A DNA stretch of 64,000 bases from Deltaproteobacteria bacterium (GCA_024102635.1 JAGFJO010000136.1:17133-81132), one strand, 5' to 3'. Positions 54,832 to 64,000 are shown, counted from the stretch's first letter. A program made the numbers and translations. Notes: generated from the sequence alone by a model not told the origin.

Positions 54832-56801
54832 TATTGCAGTGCCCGCAAATTAAAACTAAAAGTACTCCCTTTGCCCGGCTGGCTGTTTACATCCAGCCGG
54901 CAGCCATGTGCCGCCAAAATCGATTTGCAAGTGGCAAGTCCGAGCCCCAAACCTCCCGACATGAACTCCAGTTCTCCGGAGCTATGCTGCATGGCATCTC
55001 CTACTTCGTAAAACTTCTCAAAGATCACCTGCAGCTCCGATTCCTTTATGCCGATGCCCGTGTCAGCTATCGAAAATTTAACGAACCCGGCTTGCTTCAC
55101 CGCGCCGATCTTCACTTTTCCGCCATCGGGGGTGAAGCGAATCGCATTAGAAATCAGATTATTGAGCACAACAAGAATAAGCGAAAGGTCTCCCTTAACT
55201 TTTGAAACCCCCTTGCCAATCTCTTGAGAGATTAAAACTTGCCTTTCTCCAGCCTGTTCGCTGTACTTCTTGGTCAGTGTAGCGAGCAATTCGTTTACGT
55301 CAATCTCGTCCATCTCAACCTCGAGCTTGCCTTGACTGACAAGAGAGACGTTGCGTATTTGTGACATGAGCTTTGTAAGCCGCTCAACACCGCGCTCAAG
55401 GGTAGAGCTAATCTCTTTTACCGCCTCTTCGCTCTTCAAATAACCTGAGGCAATTAGATCACTAGATGTTTGTATAACGTTGAGTGGCGTGCGAAACTCG
55501 TGGGCAATAACTTGAATCATTTCGTTTTTGCGGCGATCCAACGTTTCAAGTTTAAGATTACGCTCTTTGACAGCTTCAAAGAGTCTGGAATTGTCTATTG
55601 CAAGCGCCACCTGATGCGAGAACTGTTCTACAAATAGATGATCATCTTCGGTAAAATCGGCGTTCTCGTGCTTATTGAGCACCTGAATCGCGCCGATGCG
55701 CACATTTCCCCTCACCGTTAGCGGCACACACACCAGATTACGAGTCTTGAATGCTCCGCCCTCTTTGTCGATGTCAGAGAAGAAACGCTGGTCGTTGCTC
55801 ACATCATTAACTAGTACTGAGTCCTGGTGCTCTATTACCCAGCCGACTATACCCTTGTCTGAGGGCATTTTGATTCCTTCCAGGCGGCTGTTGTCACCGC
55901 CTTTTAGCGCCCAGAAGGTGAGTTCTTTAGTCTCTTCTTCCAAAATGAAGACAGTGGCGGCTTCTGCAGAAAGTCTCGTTCGAAGATGTTCAAGAGAGAT
56001 CTCCACGACTTTGCGGGTCTCAAGCGAGGAATTGAGCAGCAGGGGGAGTTTGCTGAGAAAGATCAGCCTCTCGATTCCTACTTCAAGTTTCGCCGGATCG
56101 CTCTCTACTTGGTCGGTCCCATCAATCATGCTTTTGAGGCGCGCAATGTTCTCGGCCTTTTGATTCTGTCTTAGCTTAATAGCGGCATTGGTAAGCCAGC
56201 GGTGGTTATTTATTAACTCGAAGGTCTTCCTGAGAAACAATCCACGGTCATAGCCTAGCTCCTTGCGCTGTAGCTCTCCTCTCTCGAAGAAATCTTCGCG
56301 TCCAAAATTGCTAAGGTCCGCGTCCAAAAGATAACGGGATAGATCGGTAGTTGGCACCTGCTTAAGCCCACCCGATGTCTCCACCAGCCGGGTATCTAAG
56401 ATCATTTGCGCAACCAGCTCGACCTCTTGCCGAGAGAAGCTGCCGTGACGTTCCATGGCTGCGCGGGCCATGTTCGCTCCGATGCGCTCATTGTCTACCG
56501 GGCTCTCTATGAATCCGGCATCATGGAAAGCGGCCGCTACTGCGAGAAGTCTCATGTGCGAACTGGGAAGTCCGTCGACCAGCCCGAAAAGAACCGCTTC
56601 GCGCAGCACATCATCGGTGTGGATTTTTGAATGGTAATAAAGATTCTTGGGGAGGCGCTTATCAAGTGTGTCAAGTATCTCCGCAATAATGGGCAGGCTA
56701 TCGATGCTCTGAGTAACCAATAGCCGGCTTTGGCGCTGAACCTCCTCCGTCAGCCCCTGCGGCGCCTCACTGCCGCGCACTATCTCACCGTCATCCGCCA
56801 T
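54831..56801 (-). CDS. HD-GAF sensor histidine kinase
   Basis: HD 'HSKIHTDDV...AAAFHDAGF', a central GAF-like region, H-box 'AHEFRTPLN', and 'DTGIGI' and 'GGLGLGLATC'. Confidence 0.85.
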   Translation of the reverse strand: MADDGEIVRGSEAPQGLTEEVQRQSRLLVTQSIDSLPIIAEILDTLDKRLPKNLYYHSKIHTDDVLREAVLFGLVDGLPSSHMRLLAVAAAFHDAGFIESPVDNERIGANMARAAMERHGSFSRQEVELVAQMILDTRLVETSGGLKQVPTTDLSRYLLDADLSNFGREDFFERGELQRKELGYDRGLFLRKTFELINNHRWLTNAAIKLRQNQKAENIARLKSMIDGTDQVESDPAKLEVGIERLIFLSKLPLLLNSSLETRKVVEISLEHLRTRLSAEAATVFILEEETKELTFWALKGGDNSRLEGIKMPSDKGIVGWVIEHQDSVLVNDVSNDQRFFSDIDKEGGAFKTRNLVCVPLTVRGNVRIGAIQVLNKHENADFTEDDHLFVEQFSHQVALAIDNSRLFEAVKERNLKLETLDRRKNEMIQVIAHEFRTPLNVIQTSSDLIASGYLKSEEAVKEISSTLERGVERLTKLMSQIRNVSLVSQGKLEVEMDEIDVNELLATLTKKYSEQAGERQVLISQEIGKGVSKVKGDLSLILVVLNNLISNAIRFTPDGGKVKIGAVKQAGFVKFSIADTGIGIKESELQVIFEKFYEVGDAMQHSSGELEFMSGGLGLGLATCKSILAAHGCRLDVNSQPGKGSTFSFNLRALQ

Positions 56802-56821
56802 TTAGTGCTGCTCCCCAGGTA

Positions 56822-58969
56822 CTATTTTTCGCTCAAGTTCCAGACGTGAGTCCAGCTATCATTGACACCCTTAGCTATATCCCTCTCTATGCGGGACATA
56901 TAGACTCGCGCTACAGGATCTTGTGGTATCTCGCGAAATGCGGCCAAAGCCCTCTCAAGGCTCCCTGACTCATAAAGGTTTAAAGCGCTGCCAAACACTT
57001 CCAGACTGCTCATCTGCTCATCGCTCACTGTGTTATATGGCTCGTAAATCGCTATAACTTCGCTCTTCCCAACAACTGTGATTTCGGCAACTTTACGGGA
57101 AAATATTAGGCCGTTCAAAGCGTTATGGGTGGTACCTGACATAAGTACCTTCGTTCCGAAATACTTGTTGGCGCCCTCCAGTCTGGACGCCAAGTTAGCC
57201 GCATCGCCTACAACAGTGTAATTAAAACGGTCTTTTGAACCAAAATTACCGACACTTACCACCCCCGTATTCAAGCCAATTCGCATATTAACGGTAACCC
57301 CGAAGTCGCGCTCCAGAATCGGCTGCAGCTCCCGGATCTTCTCCTGGCAGTGCAGCGCCGCCCTGACTGCCTTGTAGGCATGGTCTGATACGATCAAAGG
57401 TGCATTCCAAAAGGCGACGATTGCATCTCCCACGTACTTGTCGACGGTCCCCTCATCTTGAAGAATTACCGTAGTCATTTCGGTTAAGAACACATTGAGC
57501 AGCTGCACAAGTTTATTCGCCTCGAGACGCTCCGAGATCGAGGTAAAGCCGGCGATGTCGCTGAAAAATATAGATAGCTCCCGCTTTTCTCCGCCCAGTG
57601 AGAGCATCTGTGGATTAATCACTATCTGATCGATGACACTCGGACTGACATAGAACTTGAATGCGTCCTTAATGAACTTATGTTGCCGCCCCTCTAACTG
57701 ATACTGCACCCCGAGCGCCAGAAGCATCGATATTACAGTGCAGCTAAGAGGAATAGCGAGAAGGATCCAATACCCGTTCAATGCCAAGAAATAAGCAATG
57801 GCTAATTGCGAAACAAGCGCCAGAATTAAGGTGAAAGCCTGCCCTAGAAGGTTAGGAATAAAAAGCAGGCCGCCTGCAGCCAGGCCCGCAAACATCATGG
57901 TGTACAGAAGGTTATGTAGCGGCGACGTTTTTCGAACGAAATCGTCGTTGATAAGATTATCGAAAACTGTGGCGTTATATTCTACCCCTTTGTACTTCTC
58001 GTCCAATGGAGTTGGCCGCAGGTCCAAAAGCCCCGGAGCGCTGACACCAACAAAAACCCACTTGTCCTTAAAAGAGGCCGGATCCAATTGCGGCTGCTCG
58101 CCGCTTTGCAGCTGGACCACACTATTTAGAACTGCATCAATATCAACCGGATCGTAGGAGCCTTGCGCCTCCTGAAAATGAACCGCCAACCTGCCTTCGC
58201 CATCGATATATTCGCGAAGAGCAAAGCTTCTGTCATCGGAAAGATCATGCACAAGATTGTAGAGCGCAAAAGGAAGATTCAGAACCGGTGTGCCATTAAC
58301 AGTACCGCCCGGCGCAAAGTGCCTGAAAACTCCATCGCTGTCGGGGGCTGCGTTGACGTTGCCTATAGCGTCAGCCGCCGAAAGCAGCTGGAGGATCGGC
58401 AGAGCGACCGATCTATAGTTCGCCAGTTTTGGATAGTCCAAATAAATCCGTTCAAAGGCGCTCCGTTGATTCTCACGCTGTTGTCCGGCGACGAATACCT
58501 TCAATTCCTGCTCGTCCACGTACTGCACTGCATCGGTAAGCACAGCAGCCAGCACAACCGGTAGAGGCCCTTTTATGGCTTCCTCGAAGTCCTTATCGTC
58601 GTTCGGTCCCCAGCTGGAACCCTCAGTGAATAGTATGTCGAAGGCCACCCCTTTGGCGCCTGCTTGCTCTAAAAACCTGATAACGGCGGCGTACATCGCC
58701 CGAGGCCAAGGCCATGTAATGCCGTCTTTCTCTCTTGCATCGAGAGAGGCTTGCGTGACCTCTATTATTCGTACATTCTTATCGGCTTTTCCGGGCACGA
58801 CGCTGAGCCTCGCCCTCCAGTCCCACATGCGATACTCAAACTCTTGCATAATGCCCAGATTGGGCAGCAGCAGTGCGTACAATAAAGAAAAGAGCAATAT
58901 TATAAGAAATGCTAAGCGCTTTTTCTCAACTTGAGTGTGCCCGAACCTTGAAAAGAGTGACGATAGCAT
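56822..58969 (-). CDS. CHASE2 sensor-domain adenylate/guanylate cyclase
   Basis: An N-terminal TM is followed by a periplasmic ~300 aa and three TM helices. Then come 'FFSDIAGFTSISE', 'YVGDAIVAFWNAP', 'GLNTGVVSVGNFGS' and 'YTVVGDAANLASRLEG'. Confidence 0.88.
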   Translation of the reverse strand: MLSSLFSRFGHTQVEKKRLAFLIILLFSLLYALLLPNLGIMQEFEYRMWDWRARLSVVPGKADKNVRIIEVTQASLDAREKDGITWPWPRAMYAAVIRFLEQAGAKGVAFDILFTEGSSWGPNDDKDFEEAIKGPLPVVLAAVLTDAVQYVDEQELKVFVAGQQRENQRSAFERIYLDYPKLANYRSVALPILQLLSAADAIGNVNAAPDSDGVFRHFAPGGTVNGTPVLNLPFALYNLVHDLSDDRSFALREYIDGEGRLAVHFQEAQGSYDPVDIDAVLNSVVQLQSGEQPQLDPASFKDKWVFVGVSAPGLLDLRPTPLDEKYKGVEYNATVFDNLINDDFVRKTSPLHNLLYTMMFAGLAAGGLLFIPNLLGQAFTLILALVSQLAIAYFLALNGYWILLAIPLSCTVISMLLALGVQYQLEGRQHKFIKDAFKFYVSPSVIDQIVINPQMLSLGGEKRELSIFFSDIAGFTSISERLEANKLVQLLNVFLTEMTTVILQDEGTVDKYVGDAIVAFWNAPLIVSDHAYKAVRAALHCQEKIRELQPILERDFGVTVNMRIGLNTGVVSVGNFGSKDRFNYTVVGDAANLASRLEGANKYFGTKVLMSGTTHNALNGLIFSRKVAEITVVGKSEVIAIYEPYNTVSDEQMSSLEVFGSALNLYESGSLERALAAFREIPQDPVARVYMSRIERDIAKGVNDSWTHVWNLSEK

Positions 58970-59077
58970 TTAGCAAACCCATTTATGCGCCGGGAACTGT
59001 GTCGGCCGCAGTGTAGTCTAAATTACTTGAAAATGCCTAACTTTTCCAGGTATCCTAATTGAACTCACCGAACCTAT

Positions 59078-59794
59078 ATGTCATTTAGAGTTCTATTCGT
59101 AGAGGACGATTTATCGTTCAAAAAGTTGGCGGAGATAAAGCTCCGTTCAATCTTCAGCACCATCGAGGTAACACACTTTGCGTCGATCAAAAGCGCCCGC
59201 GAGTATTTAGCTCAGCAAGAGAGCATTTATTTTGATCTTGTAATGCTGGATGAGCACCTTCCAGACGGCAGAGGGCTCGATCTGCTGCGGGAGCGGTGGT
59301 TCGAAGAACTTGCGGTTCTCTCAGTCAGTTCCGACACAGCGCCTGAAATTCCCGGTGAGGCGCTAAAGGCCGGCGCCGCGTACTTTCTAAGTAAGAACCA
59401 CCTCTCGGCCCCATTGTTTGAGCCGTTAGTGCGCGGGGTGATCGACCGCAATCGCCTGCAGCGGGAACTCAGCAAAGCTAAGCTTGACTCGGCCATAATT
59501 GATACCGTGAAGACTTTAGTAGCAACCCTGCGCCATGAGATTAATAATCCGCTCGGAGCTGTACTGGGAGCCGCATACATTCTAAGAAATAACGAGAATG
59601 CCAATGCTGAGCAGATACAAGCGGCAGAGCTTGTAGAGTCGAGCGGTAAACGAATCAAGCATGTCCTGGACCAGCTCTCACAAGCGATGTCGATTGAGAG
59701 GGTTAGCAAAGCTCACCAATCCGTTTTTCACATTCCCGGCGATTCTCCGTGGGAAGCGCCCCATGATAAGGGTGATGGCAAGAGGAAGAAGTAA
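59078..59794 (+). CDS. Response-regulator receiver fused to a HisKA-like dimerisation/phosphoacceptor domain (no ATPase domain)
   Basis: 'FRVLFVEDD', 'LVMLDEHLPDGRG' and 'LRHEINNPLGAVLG'. The ORF ends before any N/G-box. Confidence 0.75.
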   Translation: MSFRVLFVEDDLSFKKLAEIKLRSIFSTIEVTHFASIKSAREYLAQQESIYFDLVMLDEHLPDGRGLDLLRERWFEELAVLSVSSDTAPEIPGEALKAGAAYFLSKNHLSAPLFEPLVRGVIDRNRLQRELSKAKLDSAIIDTVKTLVATLRHEINNPLGAVLGAAYILRNNENANAEQIQAAELVESSGKRIKHVLDQLSQAMSIERVSKAHQSVFHIPGDSPWEAPHDKGDGKRKK

Positions 59795-59796
59795 GG

Positions 59797-60288
59797 GTGC
59801 CGAAGCTACGAGAGAAATTGTCTGTAGGGTCGAAAGCGCCCTCCTTCAGGCTAAAAGATAAAAATGGTAATCAGCATACTCTCGCAAGCATCAAGGGCCG
59901 CTATACAGTCATCTACTTTTATCCGAGAGACAACACGCCCGGTTGTACGGTCGAATCAAAAAGCTTTAGCGATGCTCTAGCAAAATTCGATAAGCTCGGC
60001 GCTTCAATAGTGGGGATTTCCGGCGGAGACGAAAAGAGCAAGCAAAAGTTCTGCGATAGACATAAGCTTAATGTTCTATTGCTATCTGATCCCGAGTTTC
60101 AAGTCGCCACCTGCTATGGGAGCTTTGGAGAGAAGCACTTCATGGGGAGAAAGTTCAAGGGGATATTAAGAAAGACCTTTGTAACTGATTCCAATCTTAA
60201 AATTATTAAGATTTACGAAAAGGTAACTCCCGCTTCCCATGCCGCAGAGATTTTAGGGCTACTCAATGCACTCGAAAGCAAGGAGTGA
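59797..60288 (+). CDS. bcp: Peroxiredoxin Bcp (thiol peroxidase)
   Basis: 'YFYPRDNTPGCTVE', with a GTG start at 59797. Confidence 0.88.
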   Translation: MPKLREKLSVGSKAPSFRLKDKNGNQHTLASIKGRYTVIYFYPRDNTPGCTVESKSFSDALAKFDKLGASIVGISGGDEKSKQKFCDRHKLNVLLLSDPEFQVATCYGSFGEKHFMGRKFKGILRKTFVTDSNLKIIKIYEKVTPASHAAEILGLLNALESKE

Positions 60289-60759
60289 GCAGCCCCGGAT
60301 TTAAGCGTTTTCGCCATGGTTAACAGGCTGCGGCTACAAAGGCTAGATTGTCTCCTTAATTCTGTACAGGCACTAACCTTCGGCGGGTCTCTTACTTGCG
60401 CCGCCTGTGAGGGGGCTTTGCGCTCTCGAATGCATCCGAGATCGCCCTCTTACACCAATCCGGGGTAAGGAAGCTATGCATCTTCTCGCTCAACTGAGCC
60501 CTGACATTGGGTGAGGTTCTCTCATGGCCTGCAATAGGACTGCTAACCCGGAAACCTCGCATGCTCCATACCGCTGTATGGATTCATAACCGAAGGCCTC
60601 CCGTCTGACCCAAAATACTCCTTCGCGTCAGGCTTTCAAGGAAAACCCTCGCCCTTCAGCAAATTGAAATAGAAAAACTTTTACGGGGAAAACCGTCTGC
60701 CGCTAACTCTGCCTCGAAAGGCCAAAAGGCAAGGAGACAAAGTGCAAAGAGAACTGCAG

Positions 60760-61305
60760 CTAAACGCTTGAAAACGGAATTAAGCCGAGGTTCTGTGCGC
60801 GCTTGATAGCTTTCGCAACCTTCCTCTGATTATAAGCAGTAAGCCCAGTTAAACGACGCGAAAGAATGCGCCCCCTTTCACTCAGAAAGCGGGATAAAAG
60901 GGCAACATCTTTGTAATCAATTGTACGATTGGGATCCTGGATAAAGGGATCAAGCTTCTTTCTCCTTTTAAACAGCTGCATCCGCTGAATCGGCGGAAGC
61001 GGCTCATACTTGCGTCCCTCTGAACGTCCCTCGGCGCCGCCCTCACGAGAGCCGCCCCCTTTGCCGCGATCCTCAACAACCTTCATCGGCCGACCATTGA
61101 TGACCTTGTTATTCAGACCTTCAATCGCCTTTTGGGCATCGGCTTCACTCTCCATTTCAATAAATGCAAAGCCCTTGGATCGCTTGGTCTCACGGTCTGT
61201 CGCGATCACAACACTTACAGTCGGACCAGTCTCCTGAAACATCTCCCGAAGCTGATCGTTGGTTACTTCAAAATCCAAATTACTGATAAAAAGCTTCTTG
61301 CCCAT
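60760..61305 (-). CDS. RRM-domain RNA-binding protein fused to a ribosomal protein bS18 domain
   Basis: The N-terminal RRM has RNP2 'LFISNL' and RNP1 'KGFAFIEM'. The linker is Gly/Arg/Glu-rich ('[19 protein letters not shown]'). The C-terminus '[50 protein letters not shown]' matches the bS18 signature. Confidence 0.8.
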   Translation of the reverse strand: MGKKLFISNLDFEVTNDQLREMFQETGPTVSVVIATDRETKRSKGFAFIEMESEADAQKAIEGLNNKVINGRPMKVVEDRGKGGGSREGGAEGRSEGRKYEPLPPIQRMQLFKRRKKLDPFIQDPNRTIDYKDVALLSRFLSERGRILSRRLTGLTAYNQRKVAKAIKRAQNLGLIPFSSV

Positions 61306-61923
61306 TTAATTAATTACCAAAATCAAAAATCTCCCCCGCGGAACCGCCCACAAGGATGGCGGCTAGAAACAAACATGGTTGAAGAACCGCTAAGGCGAAC
61401 CGTAAGAATATAGAAAGCTTAAATTAATGTCAAACACCCCATCTCTTCAGATAGCAATGGGACGGAAGGGCGAAATGCCGCGTTTTTAGAGGTAACTATG
61501 CGAGAAAAAGTGGTTCGTTATTACGGTGCCGGCATCCAAACCGGGCCCGATTAATGGAGAGAAATGGACGGAGCGGCTAGAACCTTGAAAAACCTGAAAA
61601 CCAAGAAAGTATGCCAAAATAACTATGAAATACCTTCAAATCAATGAGCAACAAAGCCGCTCCAACAGTGTAATCGGCTGATCCCAATTTGAACTTTATA
61701 CTTTAACGCTAGAGCAAAAAGATGTTCGCAAAGCTAGAACAAAACCCCTATTCCAGAGGCAAAATGCCAACCTTTGGACGCCGAAAACTAAATTTAACGT
61801 ATTCATAAAATTACTATATTGACGCTCTCACTTTAAGCAGCTAAAAGCTTTAGGTGTGTTAAAGTAACGCTGGTTTTCTCTGATTTTTGCGTTGTTTAAC
61901 TGTATAAGTGGAGGATTTTTCAA

Positions 61924-62250
61924 ATGAGCAATTCGAACGCGGCCAACAAATTTTCCCCGGAAAGAGAAGACGAGTTTGAAGCAAATTCTCCGGTTAAACC
62001 AGAAAGAAACCTATTGGCTGCGGTGTTGGCGCGAGCAATCTGTGACGCCTTTGGGACAGCTCACTGCGAAAGACATATTGTTCGTAGTGCCCGGCAGTGG
62101 CTCTTTGGAAAACTAACTCCGAAGAAGCCTTTTAGCTTTGCATGGGTAGCGCTACATCTTGATCTTGATCCAATCTCTCTTCAGGACAGTCTCCGAGGAT
62201 ATGAGAATAATCCGGAAGAGATTCAGGAGAGGCTCACGCTGCTGCGATAG
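61924..62250 (+). CDS. Hypothetical small protein
   Basis: 108-aa ORF ('LLAAVLARAICDAF...ARQWLFG...FSFAWVALHLDLDP') with an SD-like 'GGAGGA' upstream. Confidence 0.5.
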   Translation: MSNSNAANKFSPEREDEFEANSPVKPERNLLAAVLARAICDAFGTAHCERHIVRSARQWLFGKLTPKKPFSFAWVALHLDLDPISLQDSLRGYENNPEEIQERLTLLR

Positions 62251-62348
62251 CATTTCAGGCAGACTGACGCATTGTCTTAATCGACTCTCTTCATAAGGCT
62301 CTTCTGCCGCGATTCTGCCGGGAACCGGCATCCAGCGCTTGCATGTAG

Positions 62349-63158
62349 TTAGCTTTTCTTGATCGACCAGGCCGGCGCGCGCTTCTCCATAGTCGCTCTT
62401 ACACCTTCAAGGAACTCCGTTGAAGCGTATGAAATTGCTTGGCATTGCGCCTCACGCTCCAACGCACTATCGAGTGTCGGCGCTCCCTTACGCAGCGATT
62501 CGACCAGCATTCTTACCGATTCTGGGCCGCAATGAGCTATTTCCCGAGCTACTTCAAGAGCACACTCTATCAGAGCATCCTGAGATACCACCTGTGATAC
62601 AAGACCGATCTCATGAGCTTGCGCGGCATCGATCATCCGGCCCGAAATAAGTAACTCTGCAGCCAGTGCCGGCCCGACGATCCGCGGCAGAAAGAATGTG
62701 GCTCCCATTCCAGGATGAAGCCCTAATTTCCCGAAAGTGAATCCGAGCTTAGCGCCGCTGCTGCACACCCTAAGATCACACGCCGAGGCTAAGCATAAAC
62801 CGGCCCCTACGGCGTGCCCATTGATAGCAGCTACCAGAGGGACATTGAGCGCAAGAATAGAAAGGAACGAATTATAAAAATCCAGCATCAGAAGCCGGTT
62901 CTTCTCGGGCGTTATGTTGCTTTTCGCCTCGAGCATCTTTAGGTTTCCCCCTGCGGAGAAGGCACGGCCCGCCCCAGTTAAGATAATACAACAAGGCAAT
63001 TTCGAGGATGCGGAGATCGCCTTTACCAGCGCAGAAAATTCAGCCGCCATCTCCTCACCCATGGCGTTAAGATTATCCGGATCATTAAGAGTGATCTTGA
63101 GCGCCGTCGGCCCTCCTTTGCGGCCTAAATCGATAGTTTCGGACAATACCAGCGACAT
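62349..63158 (-). CDS. Enoyl-CoA hydratase/isomerase (crotonase) family protein
   Basis: 'ILTGAGRAFSAGGNL' and 'AAINGHAVGAGLCLASACDLRV'. Confidence 0.88.
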   Translation of the reverse strand: MSLVLSETIDLGRKGGPTALKITLNDPDNLNAMGEEMAAEFSALVKAISASSKLPCCIILTGAGRAFSAGGNLKMLEAKSNITPEKNRLLMLDFYNSFLSILALNVPLVAAINGHAVGAGLCLASACDLRVCSSGAKLGFTFGKLGLHPGMGATFFLPRIVGPALAAELLISGRMIDAAQAHEIGLVSQVVSQDALIECALEVAREIAHCGPESVRMLVESLRKGAPTLDSALEREAQCQAISYASTEFLEGVRATMEKRAPAWSIKKS

Positions 63159-63169
63159 ATAGACGAGTT

Positions 63170-63961
63170 TTAGTTTGCCAGCGGAAGTGACATCTGCGCC
63201 TGAAATATATGCAAAAAGCCGAGAACGCTTTCAATCTCTGAAACAACCTCGGGCGGCCAGGTTTTGATATCTGCCCGCATCATCGTCACATCCGTAAGCA
63301 GTAGATGACATGCTAGCGTTTTATCTTCGCGCGGGTGGTGAATATTGATGCTGCGCTGGCTCGAATCCATCGAAAACAGAACGTATTCCCGCTTCTGCAT
63401 CTCAGCCTGTACCAGCAATGAGCGGGTGATGTAGTCTCGGCCGCCTGCAACCAACAGCACTTCTGGCGAGAAGTGATTCAAGAAGCGCCGGGTCGCGAGG
63501 CACATGCGCGCTGCCGATAGTAGCATACGCCTAGTCATAGGCTCGTGCTTGCGGTTGTTCAGGTCGGGAGTCTCGGTCCCGAATCTGGCGGCGAAAGAAC
63601 CTCGGCAGAGATTATACAAACTAATCCCGCGCAAAGATAAGCTCTCAAGCTGCTCACGCGGAGTAGACAAGAGCCAGCGGCGGCTGTCTACAATCTCCCC
63701 CGGGGTAAGAAATGAAGAGAGGTCCTTGACGGCGATTTCGCCCCAGCTCGCCAGCGAGCGTTGCTCAGAGGAGCATTTTAGGCAGCTGTCTAATGACCTC
63801 TTCCAGCTTGTTTCTCCGTCCCGATCACAAAGTGAGAAAGTCCCGTTGCATCGCAGCTGCGCCACCTCATGCCCCGAGCCGCGCAGATAATTAGCGATCA
63901 GGTACATCAGACCGCCTTCAAGGTTCAGGGAGCCGAAGGGTGCATGAAGAGCGATTTTCAT
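63170..63961 (-). CDS. Hypothetical protein
   Basis: 263-aa ORF, co-directional with and 11 nt upstream of the crotonase gene. No recognised motif. Confidence 0.5.
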   Translation of the reverse strand: MKIALHAPFGSLNLEGGLMYLIANYLRGSGHEVAQLRCNGTFSLCDRDGETSWKRSLDSCLKCSSEQRSLASWGEIAVKDLSSFLTPGEIVDSRRWLLSTPREQLESLSLRGISLYNLCRGSFAARFGTETPDLNNRKHEPMTRRMLLSAARMCLATRRFLNHFSPEVLLVAGGRDYITRSLLVQAEMQKREYVLFSMDSSQRSINIHHPREDKTLACHLLLTDVTMMRADIKTWPPEVVSEIESVLGFLHIFQAQMSLPLAN

Positions 63962-64000
63962 AATGCAACTACTGAAACTATCCGTTTTGCCACACTCTCT

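Noticed and set aside
59227-59709. 160-aa minus-strand ORF
   Set aside because: It is antisense to the REC-HisKA gene, which has clear receiver and H-box motifs.
60289-60759. RNase P RNA, tmRNA, SRP RNA or 6S RNA in the convergent gap
   Set aside because: I looked on both strands for the near-invariant RNase P 'GAGGAAAGTCCGGGC' and 'ACAGAACCCGGCTTA', the SRP 'GGAAGCAGCC' helix-8 motif, and a tmRNA tag frame with a tRNA-like end. Only loose resemblances were found ('GCGAGGTTTCCGGGTT', 'GGGGTAAGGAAGC'), so no class is assigned.
61359-61582. 10-nt repeat 'GCGGCTAGAA' (61359-61368 and 61573-61582) as a regulator-binding motif
   Set aside because: A single exact 10-mer recurrence within ~600 bp has a non-negligible chance expectation, roughly 0.1-0.2. 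The third similar site matches only 'GCTAGAAC'.

Overview
The window looks like a chromosomal segment of a roughly 50% GC bacterium. It is gene-dense, and most genes are housekeeping. The fused ccoNO, the singlet histone-fold gene and the RRM proteins would fit a Bdellovibrionota/Oligoflexia-like lineage, but this is inference only.

Clearly recognisable content:
- A complete cbb3 oxidase cluster: TauE/DsbD_2-like gene, then ccoI-ccoS-ccoNO-ccoQ-ccoP-ccoG-ccoH. ccoS and ccoQ fall below the ORF-track cutoff.
- An acyl-CoA desaturase with an Rrf2 regulator.
- DHH phosphoesterase, FGGY kinase, Mqn-like protein, an O/P-type porin, FAH hydrolase and PhoD.
- SWIM-SNF2 helicase, IHF/HU, an M16 peptidase pair and FabD.
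- TrhO, ProRS and a metal ABC transporter.
- HAD-IIA hydrolase, Pcm, an M48-SPOR protease, rhomboid, FolE/QueD and PerM.
- A cNMP/two-component signalling block, Bcp and an enoyl-CoA hydratase.

The accessory or unusual content is the main result:
1. At the left edge, a translationally coupled three-gene operon (membrane effector-like ORF, class III cyclase, HEPN-like ORF) resembles Pycsar but does not match it. It sits beside an ImmA/IrrE-like fragment.
2. A tRNA-Pro(GGG)-like gene with a degenerate D-arm is followed by att-like tRNA scars and two orphan ORFs.
3. A histone-fold singlet has an N-terminal tail.
4. An RRM-ribosomal protein bS18 fusion lies next to a 470-bp structured gap.
5. A YtgCR-like permease-DtxR fusion is part of the metal ABC transporter.
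6. A Cas4-like nuclease is split into two ORFs, each with a membrane helix.
7. A C39-like peptidase is interrupted by an in-frame TAG.

No rRNA, CRISPR array, transposase or integrase was seen.
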